Positions 1 through 8,836 of a DNA stretch of 24,000 nucleotides are shown in pieces. The notes beneath the pieces are model-generated. The model did not search any database. It saw only the letters and a program-made list of their open reading frames with translations, and was not told the DNA's origin. The first letter of the stretch is position 1. Each line of letters begins with the position of its first letter. Source of the DNA: Nitratidesulfovibrio vulgaris str. Hildenborough. Its GTDB lineage: Bacteria > Desulfobacterota > Desulfovibrionia > Desulfovibrionales > Desulfovibrionaceae. The stretch lies in NCBI RefSeq assembly GCF_000195755.1, contig NC_002937.3:2659175-2683174 (forward strand). Reading direction: 5' to 3'. A program made the translations under genes and the position numbers.

Positions 1-498
1 GACATCGAGGCCATCATCCGCAAGGCGCTGGCACTGGCAGACAACGACTACGACCTTCGCAAGCATCATGATTTCAGGTCGATACACATCTCGTTCGACT
101 GCCCGGACGACCTGCCGACCATCACCTGCGTACCCACCGAACTCGAACAGGTCATCTTCAACCTGCTCAAGAACGCCTCTGAGGCCTTCGCGGACATCGA
201 CGCCACAGACAGGCGCGAAGACCCCGCCATACACATCGCCGTCACCACCGAAGAAAGCTACGACGGGCTTCGCCTCGCCATCTCGGACAACGGCCCCGGA
301 ATGCACGAGGCCCTTCGACGCCGCGTCTTCGAGCCGTTCTTCACAACCAAGCCTCCCGGCAAGGGCACGGGGCTTGGGCTGTCGGTGTCGTACTTCATCA
401 TCACGCAGAATCATGGCGGAGAGATGTGGGTGGAGTCGCAACCCGGCGCGGGTACCACCTTCGTCATACGGCTTCCGTCGGCCTGCGCCGGGGCCTGA
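1..498 (+). CDS. Sensor histidine kinase, C-terminal HATPase_c part (5' end outside window)
   Basis: Frame 1 is open from base 1 to TGA at 496-498. The translation shows the N box ([14 protein letters not shown]), G1 (DNGPGM), F box (FEPFFTTK) and G2 (GTGLGLS). Confidence 0.85.
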   Translation, partial: DIEAIIRKALALADNDYDLRKHHDFRSIHISFDCPDDLPTITCVPTELEQVIFNLLKNASEAFADIDATDRREDPAIHIAVTTEESYDGLRLAISDNGPGMHEALRRRVFEPFFTTKPPGKGTGLGLSVSYFIITQNHGGEMWVESQPGAGTTFVIRLPSACAGA

Positions 499-560
499 AG
501 CCCGCCACCACCAACGCCGTACCCCTCCGTTGAAGGCGACACCGCCCGCATCCGCCCCAC

Positions 561-610
561 CGGGTATCATCGGGCATCATCGCGCATCAGAGGACATCAG
601 AGGACATCCG
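561..610. repeat. Degenerate 10-bp tandem repeat, 5 units
   Basis: Read directly: cgggtatcat / cgggcatcat / cgcgcatcag / aggacatcag / aggacatccg. It lies in the convergent intergenic region between the kinase stop and the Crp-family stop. Confidence 0.6.
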
Positions 611-803
611 GGTAGCGCCGGGGCGTCGGGTATCACCATGGGCCGCCTCGTGTCCGCTGGTGCCTCCGCCAGCTGGCGTGCATGAAGACGACCTGTTCCT
701 GATGACTCCACCAGAAGGCCACTTGCGATGACAGACCGGCAGCAACGCCGGACATGTGCCCCCGTGGGAGGCACGACATGCGCCACGCAGACGCCTCCGC
801 GCG

Positions 804-1490
804 CTAGAGTTGCTCCGTCCCTTCGACCATGGCTTCAAGGAATGCCCTGTCGAGGATGGTGACGCTACGCCCGTCCAGGGACACAGCCCCCCGTTCGACC
901 ATCCGCGAAAGACAGCGCGAGAGCGTCTCGCGGGCCGTTCCCAGCAACCCTGCCAGCAGCCCCTTGGTGACGTCCAGCGTGAAGGTGTCGGCCCCGCCCG
1001 CCAACTCGCTGGCGTGCAGCAGATAGGCCGCCAGACGCTGCGGTGTCTCCTGCAACGTGAGGGCCTCTACCTTGTGCGTGAACTGGCGCAGCTTGCGCGA
1101 CAATGCCGCAAGCATGTTGAGCGCGAGGGTGGGGTCGCGCGAGATGCGGTCCACAAGCGCGCGCCGGGGCAGGAAGAGAACCTGCGAGGGAGTGACCGCC
1201 ATGGCGTTGGCGGGAAACCTGTCGCCCTGGAACACGGCCACCTCTCCGAAGGGTTCGCCCGGACCGAGCACATGCATGATGGCCTCGCGCCCGTCCGGTC
1301 CGGAACGGAACACCTTGATGCGCCCTTCGGCGACGACGTAGAACCCTTCCGCAGGCGCGCCTTCGCAGAAGACCATCTGCCCGCGTTCCACCTTGCGGTC
1401 GACGACAAGAGAGGCCACCCCCTCCAGTTGGCCCTGTGACAGGCCCTCGAACAGGGGTAGCCCCTCGATGAGGTCAAGGATACGCTGCAC
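804..1490 (-). CDS. Crp/Fnr-family transcriptional regulator (cNMP-binding domain plus C-terminal HTH)
   Basis: 228-aa ORF with a GTG start; GGAG lies about 10 nt upstream, inside the end of the upstream gene. Beta-barrel effector-domain pattern (FCEGAPAEGFYVVAEGRIKV, GEPFGEVAVF). C-terminal HTH (TKGLLAGLLGTARETLSRCLSRMVERG). There is no N-terminal Cys cluster, so it is not a classical [4Fe-4S] FNR. Confidence 0.85.
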   Translation of the reverse strand: MQRILDLIEGLPLFEGLSQGQLEGVASLVVDRKVERGQMVFCEGAPAEGFYVVAEGRIKVFRSGPDGREAIMHVLGPGEPFGEVAVFQGDRFPANAMAVTPSQVLFLPRRALVDRISRDPTLALNMLAALSRKLRQFTHKVEALTLQETPQRLAAYLLHASELAGGADTFTLDVTKGLLAGLLGTARETLSRCLSRMVERGAVSLDGRSVTILDRAFLEAMVEGTEQL

Positions 1491-1493
1491 GTC

Positions 1494-2123
1494 CTAGAAC
1501 TCCAGTGCCATACGGCGAGCCTGTTCCACGGCTTCGGCCCGCTTGGCCTGTGCCGTATCGGGGCCACCCGCCAGAGTGGGTTCGACCACGACGGAACGGA
1601 TGTCGGTGAAGCCGATGAATCCCAGAATGTGCTCGAGATACCGCTTCTGGAAGTCCCATCCTTCGGCCGGGGTTCCGGCGGGGTAGGCTCCGCCCCGGGC
1701 ATAGGAGACGAGCACGGGCCTCCCTGTCACCAGACCATGGTAGCCTTGCTCGTCATACGAGAAGGTCAGACCCGGCTGGATGATGATGTCGAAGAACTGC
1801 TTCAGGCGCCACGGAATGCTGAAGTTCCACATGGGCAGGGCTATGACGTACTTGTCTGCCGTCTTGAAATCCTCCACCTGCCGCTTCACGGCGGCCCATG
1901 CAGCCTCCTGTGCCGGAGAGAGGGGGTCGCCCTGCCCCGACAGGTACCGCGCCACGACAGCGTCCGTGCCGAAGGCTGGCAGGTCGGCTTCGAAGACGTC
2001 CAGTACGCGGACGACATCGCCGGGATTGGCCTCGGAGTAGGCCTTAACGAAGGCGTCGGCCACTGTCACGCTATGCGAGCGCTCTCCACGCGGGGAGGCC
2101 TTGATATACAGAATGGTAGCCAT
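1494..2123 (-). CDS. azoR: FMN-dependent NADH-azoreductase / AcpD-family flavodoxin-like quinone reductase
   Basis: 209-aa ORF with an ATG start preceded by AGGAGG 6 nt upstream. N-terminus ILYIKASPRGERSHS and core ALPMWNFSIPWRLKQFFD are typical of the AzoR/AcpD family. Its stop is 3 nt from the Crp-family start, so the two form an operon. Confidence 0.8.
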   Translation of the reverse strand: MATILYIKASPRGERSHSVTVADAFVKAYSEANPGDVVRVLDVFEADLPAFGTDAVVARYLSGQGDPLSPAQEAAWAAVKRQVEDFKTADKYVIALPMWNFSIPWRLKQFFDIIIQPGLTFSYDEQGYHGLVTGRPVLVSYARGGAYPAGTPAEGWDFQKRYLEHILGFIGFTDIRSVVVEPTLAGGPDTAQAKRAEAVEQARRMALEF

Positions 2124-2164
2124 GAGAACCTCCTGTCGTCACAGGGTCTGTTAGCCATGAGACA

Positions 2165-2178
2165 CTATCTCAAGATAG
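2165..2178. promoter_or_regulatory. Perfect 6-2-6 palindrome CTATCTcaAGATAG upstream of azoR (candidate operator)
   Basis: Read directly. It sits 42-55 nt upstream of the azoR ATG in the divergent intergenic region. No known consensus is matched. Confidence 0.25.
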
Positions 2179-2377
2179 CCAGCCCCACGCATACGCACAA
2201 GCCCCGGCGAAGGAAAAAGCGGAAAGCCGCCACAAAGATGGGCGTCGTGCCCAGCTTCCCCCCTATGCCTGTGGTGCCTTTCCGACACCTGCACGGTGAC
2301 GCGGTCACAGGTTGCGACACGCAGTGTCATGCGCTATCTGCACAGTGCGGCGCATACGCCGTCCCAAGGAGACCATC

Positions 2378-2653
2378 ATGCATTTCGGAAACGCCGTCGC
2401 ACATCGCATCGAAGAACTGCTGCGCGAACAACTCGAAGAACTCGGGGTGGATGTGTCCGCACTCGAACCGCACGAAATCGCAGCCAACATGCGCTGCGAC
2501 ATCTGGCCCGACCAGACCCTGCTCTATGCATGGAAAGAGACGCCCATCCTGCGGGTCGTACCGGAACGCTATGACGACGGCACTGTGCAGTGGCGCATGT
2601 TCACCACGGACGGCACTGAACAGCGCGGGGCCGAAGAAGAGACCGTGCAGTAG
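2378..2653 (+). CDS. Hypothetical protein (91 aa)
   Basis: An ATG at 2378 has AAGGAG 6 nt upstream, inside the longer tracked ORF 2312-2653. Third positions are GC-rich. I recognise no motif. Confidence 0.5.
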   Translation: MHFGNAVAHRIEELLREQLEELGVDVSALEPHEIAANMRCDIWPDQTLLYAWKETPILRVVPERYDDGTVQWRMFTTDGTEQRGAEEETVQ

Positions 2654-2912
2654 GCCGCGCGACCGCTGACGGCCCCCGTGCCCTTCAGGCTGGCACCTGT
2701 CCGGCGTTCCTGCCTTCAGCGGGCCTTGGCCGGGGCCCAGCCGTACAGACCCGCCACATGCAGGAATCAGAGGCCTCTCTTCGCAGACTCGAAGCGGGGT
2801 ACGGCAGAACGCCGCGGCGATGCTGCACGCTCATCTGGCAACCCGTGACAGGCCACGATTCCAGCCCGGCGAATCAGGCGTACGGCGTCCATTGCCCCGT
2901 CATCCTGCCCTG

Positions 2913-4226
2913 TCAGGTCGACTGATCGGCCTTTGCGCCCTTCTCCCCTGCGGGCTGCAACACGTCGGAAAAACGGCTGCGCGCCGCATGTTGCGCATCC
3001 AGCACCCGCCCGACCATGTCTGGATAGGACTCGGCCACGGTCTCCACAAGCTCACCATCCACGCGACCCGTCGTGCATTCGTCCCGCAGCACCCGCAACA
3101 CGCCTTCCCGCCCCTGCCCCTTCCGGTAGGGCCTGTCTTCTGCCATGGCCGTGAAGATATCGGCCACGCCGATGATGCGGGCCTGCGGGTCGAGTGCCCT
3201 GCCTTCAAGATGGAACGGGTAGCCGGAACCATCCAGTTTCTCGTGGTGATAGGCCGCCCATGCAGCCATGCCGCCAAGGCCGTCCACGCCCCGCAACAGT
3301 CTGTAGGTATGGAAGGTGTGCTGCCGCATGAAGGCGAACTCGGCCTTCGTGAGGCCTGACGGTTTCTCGAGAATGGACGTGGGCACCGCCATCTTGCCAA
3401 GGTCGTGCAGCAATCCGGCGATGCGCAGTACGACACGGCGTTCAGGGGAGAGGTCGCAATACCCGCCGAGTGCGTCGGCCGCCTCGGCGACCCCTGCCGA
3501 ATGCGCCGCCGTGAACGAAGACCTGAAGTCGACCATGCCCTGCACCAGCCCGGCATGGACTTCCACCCCACAGGCATCGAGCATCTCGCCACGGCAGGGA
3601 GAAATCGCCTCAAGATGCTGCCCGAGAGTGGGAAGCACCATCTGAAGCCAGAAATCCTCACGCCGGGCGACTTCGAGGAAGGCCCGGACGATGGAGACCT
3701 CGAAGTCGCAACGTGCGAGGTCGCGGGCCATGTCGCACATCGTGTCCGCCTGATGCAGGACGTAGCGCCCACGGTCGAGGGCACGGTCCACGAGGTCGGA
3801 AAGGTGCACAATCTGGGCGAGGCGCGCGGTGTCCTCATCGACATCGGCGAGGCTACCGTCGCGAAGTGTGGCATGATGCAGGCGCAGGACGCGCCCTTCC
3901 TCGCCGAAACCATCGACCTGATGCAGCAGCCGCGCACCGCGGATGCAATGCGTGTCGCACTCCTCCACCTTCGAGGCGTAGAGGTCCATCTTCTCTTCCG
4001 GCGACAAAGCGCCCACATCATGCAGGAGGGCCGCGACGAAGAGTCGCCGCCGCAACACCTCCGGCAGGTCGAGTACCGCTGCAATCTCGCCGGCGATGAA
4101 CGCCACACGCTTCTGATGCCCGGCAAGCGTCGGGCATGCGAGTTCCATGGCCTCCGACATGCATAGAAGCAATTGGGCCCTGTCCACTTCAAGCTGAACG
4201 TCCAAGCGCTTCCCCATATACTGCAC
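2913..4226 (-). CDS. Tandem HD-domain protein: degenerate N-terminal HD plus intact C-terminal HD-GYP (putative c-di-GMP phosphodiesterase)
   Basis: The C-terminal half has LLHDLGK and HHEKLDGSGYP plus ADIFTAMAEDRPYRKG. The N-terminal half has HQKRVA...LLHDVGA but HHATLRDGS in place of the GYP motif. The start is ambiguous: GTG at 4226 or ATG at 4217, neither with a clear SD. Confidence 0.8.
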   Translation of the reverse strand: MQYMGKRLDVQLEVDRAQLLLCMSEAMELACPTLAGHQKRVAFIAGEIAAVLDLPEVLRRRLFVAALLHDVGALSPEEKMDLYASKVEECDTHCIRGARLLHQVDGFGEEGRVLRLHHATLRDGSLADVDEDTARLAQIVHLSDLVDRALDRGRYVLHQADTMCDMARDLARCDFEVSIVRAFLEVARREDFWLQMVLPTLGQHLEAISPCRGEMLDACGVEVHAGLVQGMVDFRSSFTAAHSAGVAEAADALGGYCDLSPERRVVLRIAGLLHDLGKMAVPTSILEKPSGLTKAEFAFMRQHTFHTYRLLRGVDGLGGMAAWAAYHHEKLDGSGYPFHLEGRALDPQARIIGVADIFTAMAEDRPYRKGQGREGVLRVLRDECTTGRVDGELVETVAESYPDMVGRVLDAQHAARSRFSDVLQPAGEKGAKADQST

Positions 4227-4484
4227 CAGCTGTTTGATATGTCAGGATTCGAATCCACCCGCGATTCGAACGTATCCCCACGGTTATCGCCATCGGCTAT
4301 CCCGGAACAGACTAGGTGCCATTCTATACCCGGCACGACCACGCGGCAAGGCATGTCGGGGATGCGCGCGACTCGACATGGCGGGGCGCAGCACAGCGAA
4401 AAGGGCACCCCTAGACGGGATGCCCTTGCAATCTGACGCATGCGCTTCCGGCGCGTGCCGGAGAATCAGAGCGCGGAACGAGCC

Positions 4485-5876
4485 TTAAAGAGCCACGGCC
4501 CTGTCGAGACGCGCCAGCACGTCGTCACGTCCCAGAAGCGCCATCATGTCCGGCAAACCGGGGCCGCCCATGGCACCGACCACTGCGACACGCACCGCCG
4601 GGGCGACCTGCTTGAACTTGAGTCCGTTGCCCTCCACGTAGTCGTGGATGGCCTTCTCGCACCCCTCGCGGTCGAAGGTGCCAAGGGCGGCCAAAGCCTC
4701 GCGCACCCCCGCCACATGGCGTCTGCCCTCTTCGGTGAGTGCCTTGGCGACAGCGGCGGCATCGTACTCCACCTCGGCGGCGGGGACGAGCATGAAACGC
4801 ATCACACGGGCCAGTTCGACAAGGTTGTTCGCCCTCTCGCGGAAGAGAGGCACAAGCTGTGCGAGGCGCGAAGCGTCCACATCGAAGCCTTCGGCAGCCA
4901 CGAACGGCAACACAAGGCGTGCAAGTTCTTCGGGAGACGTCTCGCGCAGGTAATGCCCGTTGAGCCACTCCAGCTTGTCGGGGTCGAAACCGGCTGCGGA
5001 ACTGTTGAGGTTCTCGGTGCCGAACTTCTCGACCAGTTCCTCGAGGGCGAAAATCTCCTGATCGCCATGCGACCAGCCAAGGCGCACGAGGTAGTTGACC
5101 AGTGCCTGCGGCAACAGGCCGTACTGCTCGTACTCGATGACGGCCTTGGCCCCGTGGCGCTTCGAGAGCTTCTTGCGGTCGGGACCGAGGATCATGGGCA
5201 CATGCCCGAAGCGCGGCAGGTCGAAGCCGAGGGCCTGATACAGCAGAATCTGCTTGGGCGTGTTGGAAAGGTGGTCGTCGCCGCGCAGGACATGGGTGAC
5301 CCCCATGGTGGCGTCGTCCACGACCACGGCGAGATTGTAGGTGGGCGCGCCGTCGCTGCGGCGCAACACCATGTCGTCGAGTTCGGCCACGTCGAAAGCC
5401 ACGGTGCCCTTCACGAGGTCGTCGAACACGATGCGGCCTTCGGCCGGGGCCTTAAGGCGCACGACACGCCCGTCGCCGGGGCCGAGGTCGCGGCTGCGGC
5501 AGCGGCCGTTGTAGCGCGGCTTGAGTCCCTTGGCGCGGGCCTCTTCGCGCATCTTCTCCACCTCGTCGGGCGGGCATTCACACCAGTAGGCGTGCCCCGA
5601 TTCGAGCAGTCTGTCGATGTAGCTGTTGTAGATGTCGAACCGTTCACTCTGGTAGATGAGGTCGCCGTCCCAGTCGAGGCCAAGCCACTTCATGGAGGCG
5701 AGAATGGAGTCGGTGTACTCCTGCTTCGAGCGTTCGGTGTCGGTATCTTCGATGCGCAGGACGAAACGGCCCCCGAAATGACGGGCCAGCAGCCAGTTGA
5801 AGATGGCGGTGCGGGCACCGCCGATGTGCAGGTGCCCCGTGGGGCTGGGGGCGAAACGCGTCACCACGTTGCTCAT
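4485..5876 (-). CDS. gltX: Glutamyl-tRNA synthetase
   Basis: Start chosen at the internal ATG (5876), which has GGGAGAG upstream. N-terminus MSNVVTRFAPSPTGHLHIGGARTA carries the HIGH motif. KLSKR is the KMSKS-type motif. The tracked ORF extends 40 codons further upstream with no support. Confidence 0.9.
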   Translation of the reverse strand: MSNVVTRFAPSPTGHLHIGGARTAIFNWLLARHFGGRFVLRIEDTDTERSKQEYTDSILASMKWLGLDWDGDLIYQSERFDIYNSYIDRLLESGHAYWCECPPDEVEKMREEARAKGLKPRYNGRCRSRDLGPGDGRVVRLKAPAEGRIVFDDLVKGTVAFDVAELDDMVLRRSDGAPTYNLAVVVDDATMGVTHVLRGDDHLSNTPKQILLYQALGFDLPRFGHVPMILGPDRKKLSKRHGAKAVIEYEQYGLLPQALVNYLVRLGWSHGDQEIFALEELVEKFGTENLNSSAAGFDPDKLEWLNGHYLRETSPEELARLVLPFVAAEGFDVDASRLAQLVPLFRERANNLVELARVMRFMLVPAAEVEYDAAAVAKALTEEGRRHVAGVREALAALGTFDREGCEKAIHDYVEGNGLKFKQVAPAVRVAVVGAMGGPGLPDMMALLGRDDVLARLDRAVAL

Positions 5877-6049
5877 GCTCTCTCCCTGACAGGAACGGCG
5901 GGCAAGGCCCGCCGGTATGATATTGTGGAACCGGCCACGCAGGTGTCGCACTGTGGCGATGCGTCGATACGATGCCGACACGAACCGGGCAGCCACTCCG
6001 GCAAGGCGTTCTCCCGCACCACGTGCAGTTGCGTGGTGCGAATTCTACA

Positions 6050-6277
6050 TCAGGCGTCTACGGCTTCCACACGCTGCACGGCGGGCACGAATTTGAGCAC
6101 CATCTTCTCGACGCTGTTCTTCAGCGTCTTCTGCGACATGGGGCACCCCTTGCAACGTCCGGTGAGGCGCACGCGCACCACGCCTTCGGGGGTGATGTCC
6201 ACCAGTTCGACATCGCCGCCGTCCTGCTGGAGCAACGGGCGCACTATGGCGAGAGCCTGTTCGACCTTGTCACGCAT
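6050..6277 (-). CDS. NifU C-terminal-domain (Nfu-type) Fe-S cluster scaffold/carrier protein
   Basis: An ATG at 6277 has GAGGA 8 nt upstream; the tracked ORF begins at an upstream TTG. The sequence LLQQDGGDVELVDI...GRCKGCPMS carries the CxxC motif typical of the Nfu/NifU_C domain. Confidence 0.8.
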   Translation of the reverse strand: MRDKVEQALAIVRPLLQQDGGDVELVDITPEGVVRVRLTGRCKGCPMSQKTLKNSVEKMVLKFVPAVQRVEAVDA

Positions 6278-6397
6278 GGGAATATCCTCGCTCAAGCGAA
6301 TGTGGCCCCGCAGGGCCGCGCTGTTCTACGTCCTTTGCGCAGGGGGTGTCAAACGAGGGAGGCTCGCACCGTCCCCTCCGAAGCCCCCCTGACCGTG

Positions 6398-7282
6398 CTA
6401 CACGGGAGCGATGCGCACCGTGGCCTTGCGCAGGTAGTCCACAGGGTAGTAGCTCTGCTTGGCCTTGCGCAACCCTTCGTCGTCGAGGTCCTGCTCGCGG
6501 TTCACCAGACGGAAGCGGGCCCCCTCGTACTGCACGAACTGCTGGTTGATGGCCTGATAGACGCCACGGTAGTCGCCACGCCCCTTCTCGAAATGCACAA
6601 CGAGGGTCTCGTCGTCGAGGGCCTCTCCCACGGTGTAGGCCACCATGCGCCCCTCGGCATAGAGTGCGCCCCCCACGAGGCCGGGGATGCTGTCCCACTC
6701 TTCGAGCACCCGGATGACAGCCTCGTTCTCGGCCAGCAGCGACTCGGATTCGGCGCACTCGCGCCACTGGCACCATTCCTCCTGCATCTCGATGACGGCC
6801 TCGATGCAATCGGGGGTGAGGGGATGGTAGTCGATGCCATAGGCCTTGGCGTAACCGTTCACATGATTCTTCTTGCGATGGAAGCGGTTACCCTTGAGGT
6901 CGGCGAGGTCGGCGGAATCGTAGAGATAGTCCCACTGACCGGGCGTCTCCTGCACCGTCACCCTGTCGCCCAGCACCTCGCGCCAGAGGCTTGCCAGTTC
7001 TTCCGGTACGCGGATGAACTCCATCCCCTTGCCGAGACATGTGCAGGATGCCCAGTCGATGTCGCCCCACGGCCCCACGGGGGCCCAGTAGCGCACTTCG
7101 GGCAGGGTCTGCCGCAACCAGCACAGTCCGTGTTCGAACCTCCATTCGAGGCCGTAATGCTCTGCCCATCCCCACAGGTTGGTGAAGCTGTAGTCCGAGG
7201 CACGGCGTGGCGTCCGTGCGAAAAGGGCGAGATAGTCCTGCATCGCATCGAGGGTGACGGGCGAGAAATCAGTCGCGGACAT
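6398..7282 (-). CDS. DUF2156 / LPG-synthase-C-like protein (stand-alone homolog of the MprF aminoacyl-tRNA transferase domain)
   Basis: 294 aa, with an ATG preceded by AGGGAGG. I recognise family hallmarks: FTNLWGW, GNRFHRKKNHVN, VVHFEKG, and NREQDLDDEGLRKAKQSYYP near the C-terminus. There are no TM segments. The start overlaps the MATE stop by 14 nt. Confidence 0.6.
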   Translation of the reverse strand: MSATDFSPVTLDAMQDYLALFARTPRRASDYSFTNLWGWAEHYGLEWRFEHGLCWLRQTLPEVRYWAPVGPWGDIDWASCTCLGKGMEFIRVPEELASLWREVLGDRVTVQETPGQWDYLYDSADLADLKGNRFHRKKNHVNGYAKAYGIDYHPLTPDCIEAVIEMQEEWCQWRECAESESLLAENEAVIRVLEEWDSIPGLVGGALYAEGRMVAYTVGEALDDETLVVHFEKGRGDYRGVYQAINQQFVQYEGARFRLVNREQDLDDEGLRKAKQSYYPVDYLRKATVRIAPV

Positions 7283-8738
7283 TGCTATTGCCTCCCTTGT
7301 GCGTCGTACCGTTGGCGCGGCGCATCATGCTGAACCTGCTCCAGTCCTTGGTCAGGAAAAGCCAGAACATGGTCGAAGACTGAAAGACCTGCGAGACGAG
7401 CATGGCGATGAAGACCCCCGCCGCGTCGCGCCAGACCACATGCCCCATGAACCACGCGCATGGAAGGCGCACGAACCATGTGGCCGAACTGTAGACGATG
7501 AAGTTGTAGAACGTGGCCCCCGCCCCGGTCATGATGCCCCCGAGGGTCATGCTGGCGACGGTGAAGGGAATGGATACGAGGTTGTAGCGCAGATAGCTCA
7601 CCGTCTGCGCGGCCACGGCCGCATCGGGAGTGAGGATGGCGGAGAGTTCGGGCACCCACGGCCAGAGCAGGGCCGCCAGCACGGTCATGCTGCCGCACCC
7701 TATCACCAGCAGGCGCAACCCGACACGGCGCGCGTCATCGCGCAGCCCCGCTCCCAGCAGATGCCCCACGAGAATGGAGGCCGTCATGTTGAAGGCGAAG
7801 GCCGGAAGAAAGATCAGCGACTCCACGCGCATGCCCGCCGTCAGCCCCGCCAGCGCATTCACGCTGTCCGCCGGGGCGGGCAGCGACCCCGTGATGGCGA
7901 AGAGCACCAGATAGCCCATGTGCCACAGCACCTGCATGGCAGCTGCGGGTGCCGCCACCTTCACGAGGTAGGGGGCGCCGCACCGTATCCAGCGCCAGGG
8001 CGGCATCGAAACACCCTGCACCATGCCGCCGCGCCGCAGAAGCACCACATTGAGCGCAGCCCCTGCCAGCACCGACCAGAACGTCCCCCACGCGACCCCG
8101 GCATAACCGAAGTCCGGCAGCCCCCACAGGCCAAGGCCGAAACCGGCACTGGCGACGGCGTTGACGACGCTGACCACGACCATGGTCAGCAACGGGGCGA
8201 TGACATCCTTGCGCGCCCTGAAGGCGGCGTTGCTGATGGTGAAAAGATAGTGGGCGGGCAGCGTCAGCAGGTAGACATGCCAGAAATAGGAGGCCACGGG
8301 CATTATGCGTTCCGGCACCATGAGCACATGCAGCAGCGCGTCGGCAGCCACAAGGCCCGAGGCCGCCACGACGCCGCCGCACAGCGCGCCGCCCCAGAGG
8401 ATGAGCGAGACGTAACGCCGGGCCCGGGCCAGCAGGCCCGCGCCAAGGGCCTGCCCCACTGCGGCGACGGCCCCGTTGGAGAGGGCCACCGCCACCACCA
8501 GCAGGAAGAACATGCACTGGTTGACGATGCCGAGAGAGGCCTGCACATCGGGGTTGATGCGCCCCGCCACCCATACGTCGGTGAAGCCGATGATGAACTG
8601 GAAGAGCATCATGAGCATCTGGGGCCATGTGAGCCGCCAGATGCCCCTGAAGGAGGCGTCGCCCGCCGCTATGGATGATGTGACCGTCACGCCTGTGCCT
8701 TCCGCCGATGGTGCACGACTGTGTCTTGCAAGCGTCAC
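7269..8738 (-). CDS. MATE-family efflux transporter
   Basis: Very hydrophobic multi-TM protein. The N-terminal WRLTWPQMLMMLFQFIIGFTDVWVAGR pattern is typical of NorM/MATE. The start is uncertain: GTG at 8738 has no SD, while an in-frame GTG at 8690 has GGAAGG 7 nt upstream. Confidence 0.8.
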   Translation of the reverse strand: MTLARHSRAPSAEGTGVTVTSSIAAGDASFRGIWRLTWPQMLMMLFQFIIGFTDVWVAGRINPDVQASLGIVNQCMFFLLVVAVALSNGAVAAVGQALGAGLLARARRYVSLILWGGALCGGVVAASGLVAADALLHVLMVPERIMPVASYFWHVYLLTLPAHYLFTISNAAFRARKDVIAPLLTMVVVSVVNAVASAGFGLGLWGLPDFGYAGVAWGTFWSVLAGAALNVVLLRRGGMVQGVSMPPWRWIRCGAPYLVKVAAPAAAMQVLWHMGYLVLFAITGSLPAPADSVNALAGLTAGMRVESLIFLPAFAFNMTASILVGHLLGAGLRDDARRVGLRLLVIGCGSMTVLAALLWPWVPELSAILTPDAAVAAQTVSYLRYNLVSIPFTVASMTLGGIMTGAGATFYNFIVYSSATWFVRLPCAWFMGHVVWRDAAGVFIAMLVSQVFQSSTMFWLFLTKDWSRFSMMRRANGTTHKGGNSNVRD

Positions 8739-8836
8739 ACGGTAGCCGTACCATGACCGTGTCGCTGTCCGCTTCAGGGTCTCTGCTTGAAGCCCCGAAG
8801 CGCATCCGCCGTCAACCCCGTCATCAGGAGGTTGTC

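Noticed and set aside
4241-4272. tRNA-like T-loop strings (GGATTCGAATCC and a second GATTCGAA) that could suggest a tRNA or a tRNA-derived att site.
   Set aside because: On either strand the flanking bases do not form a 5-bp T-stem. I could not build an acceptor, D or anticodon arm. I kept it only as a palindrome in the HD-GYP promoter region.
2900-4441. 513-aa minus-strand ORF in an alternative frame over the HD-GYP gene. Other alternative-frame ORFs lie at 1067-1702, 7735-8805, 15591-16643 and 17937-18725.
   Set aside because: They show the R/S/C/W/P-rich composition typical of off-frame translation. The overlapping frame contains clear HD-GYP, MATE, KAS or BioF motifs.
4440-6392. 650-aa plus-strand ORF antisense to gltX and the NifU-like gene. 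Similar long shadow ORFs lie at 5972-7333 (+), 7254-8678 (+), 9275-10303 (+), 1629-2669 (+) and 19940-20974 (+).
   Set aside because: The opposite strand carries textbook proteins (HIGH/KMSKS GluRS, MATE, BirA, LysA). The shadow ORFs are R/A/G/H/P-rich with no motifs. Long stop-free antisense frames are expected in GC-rich DNA.
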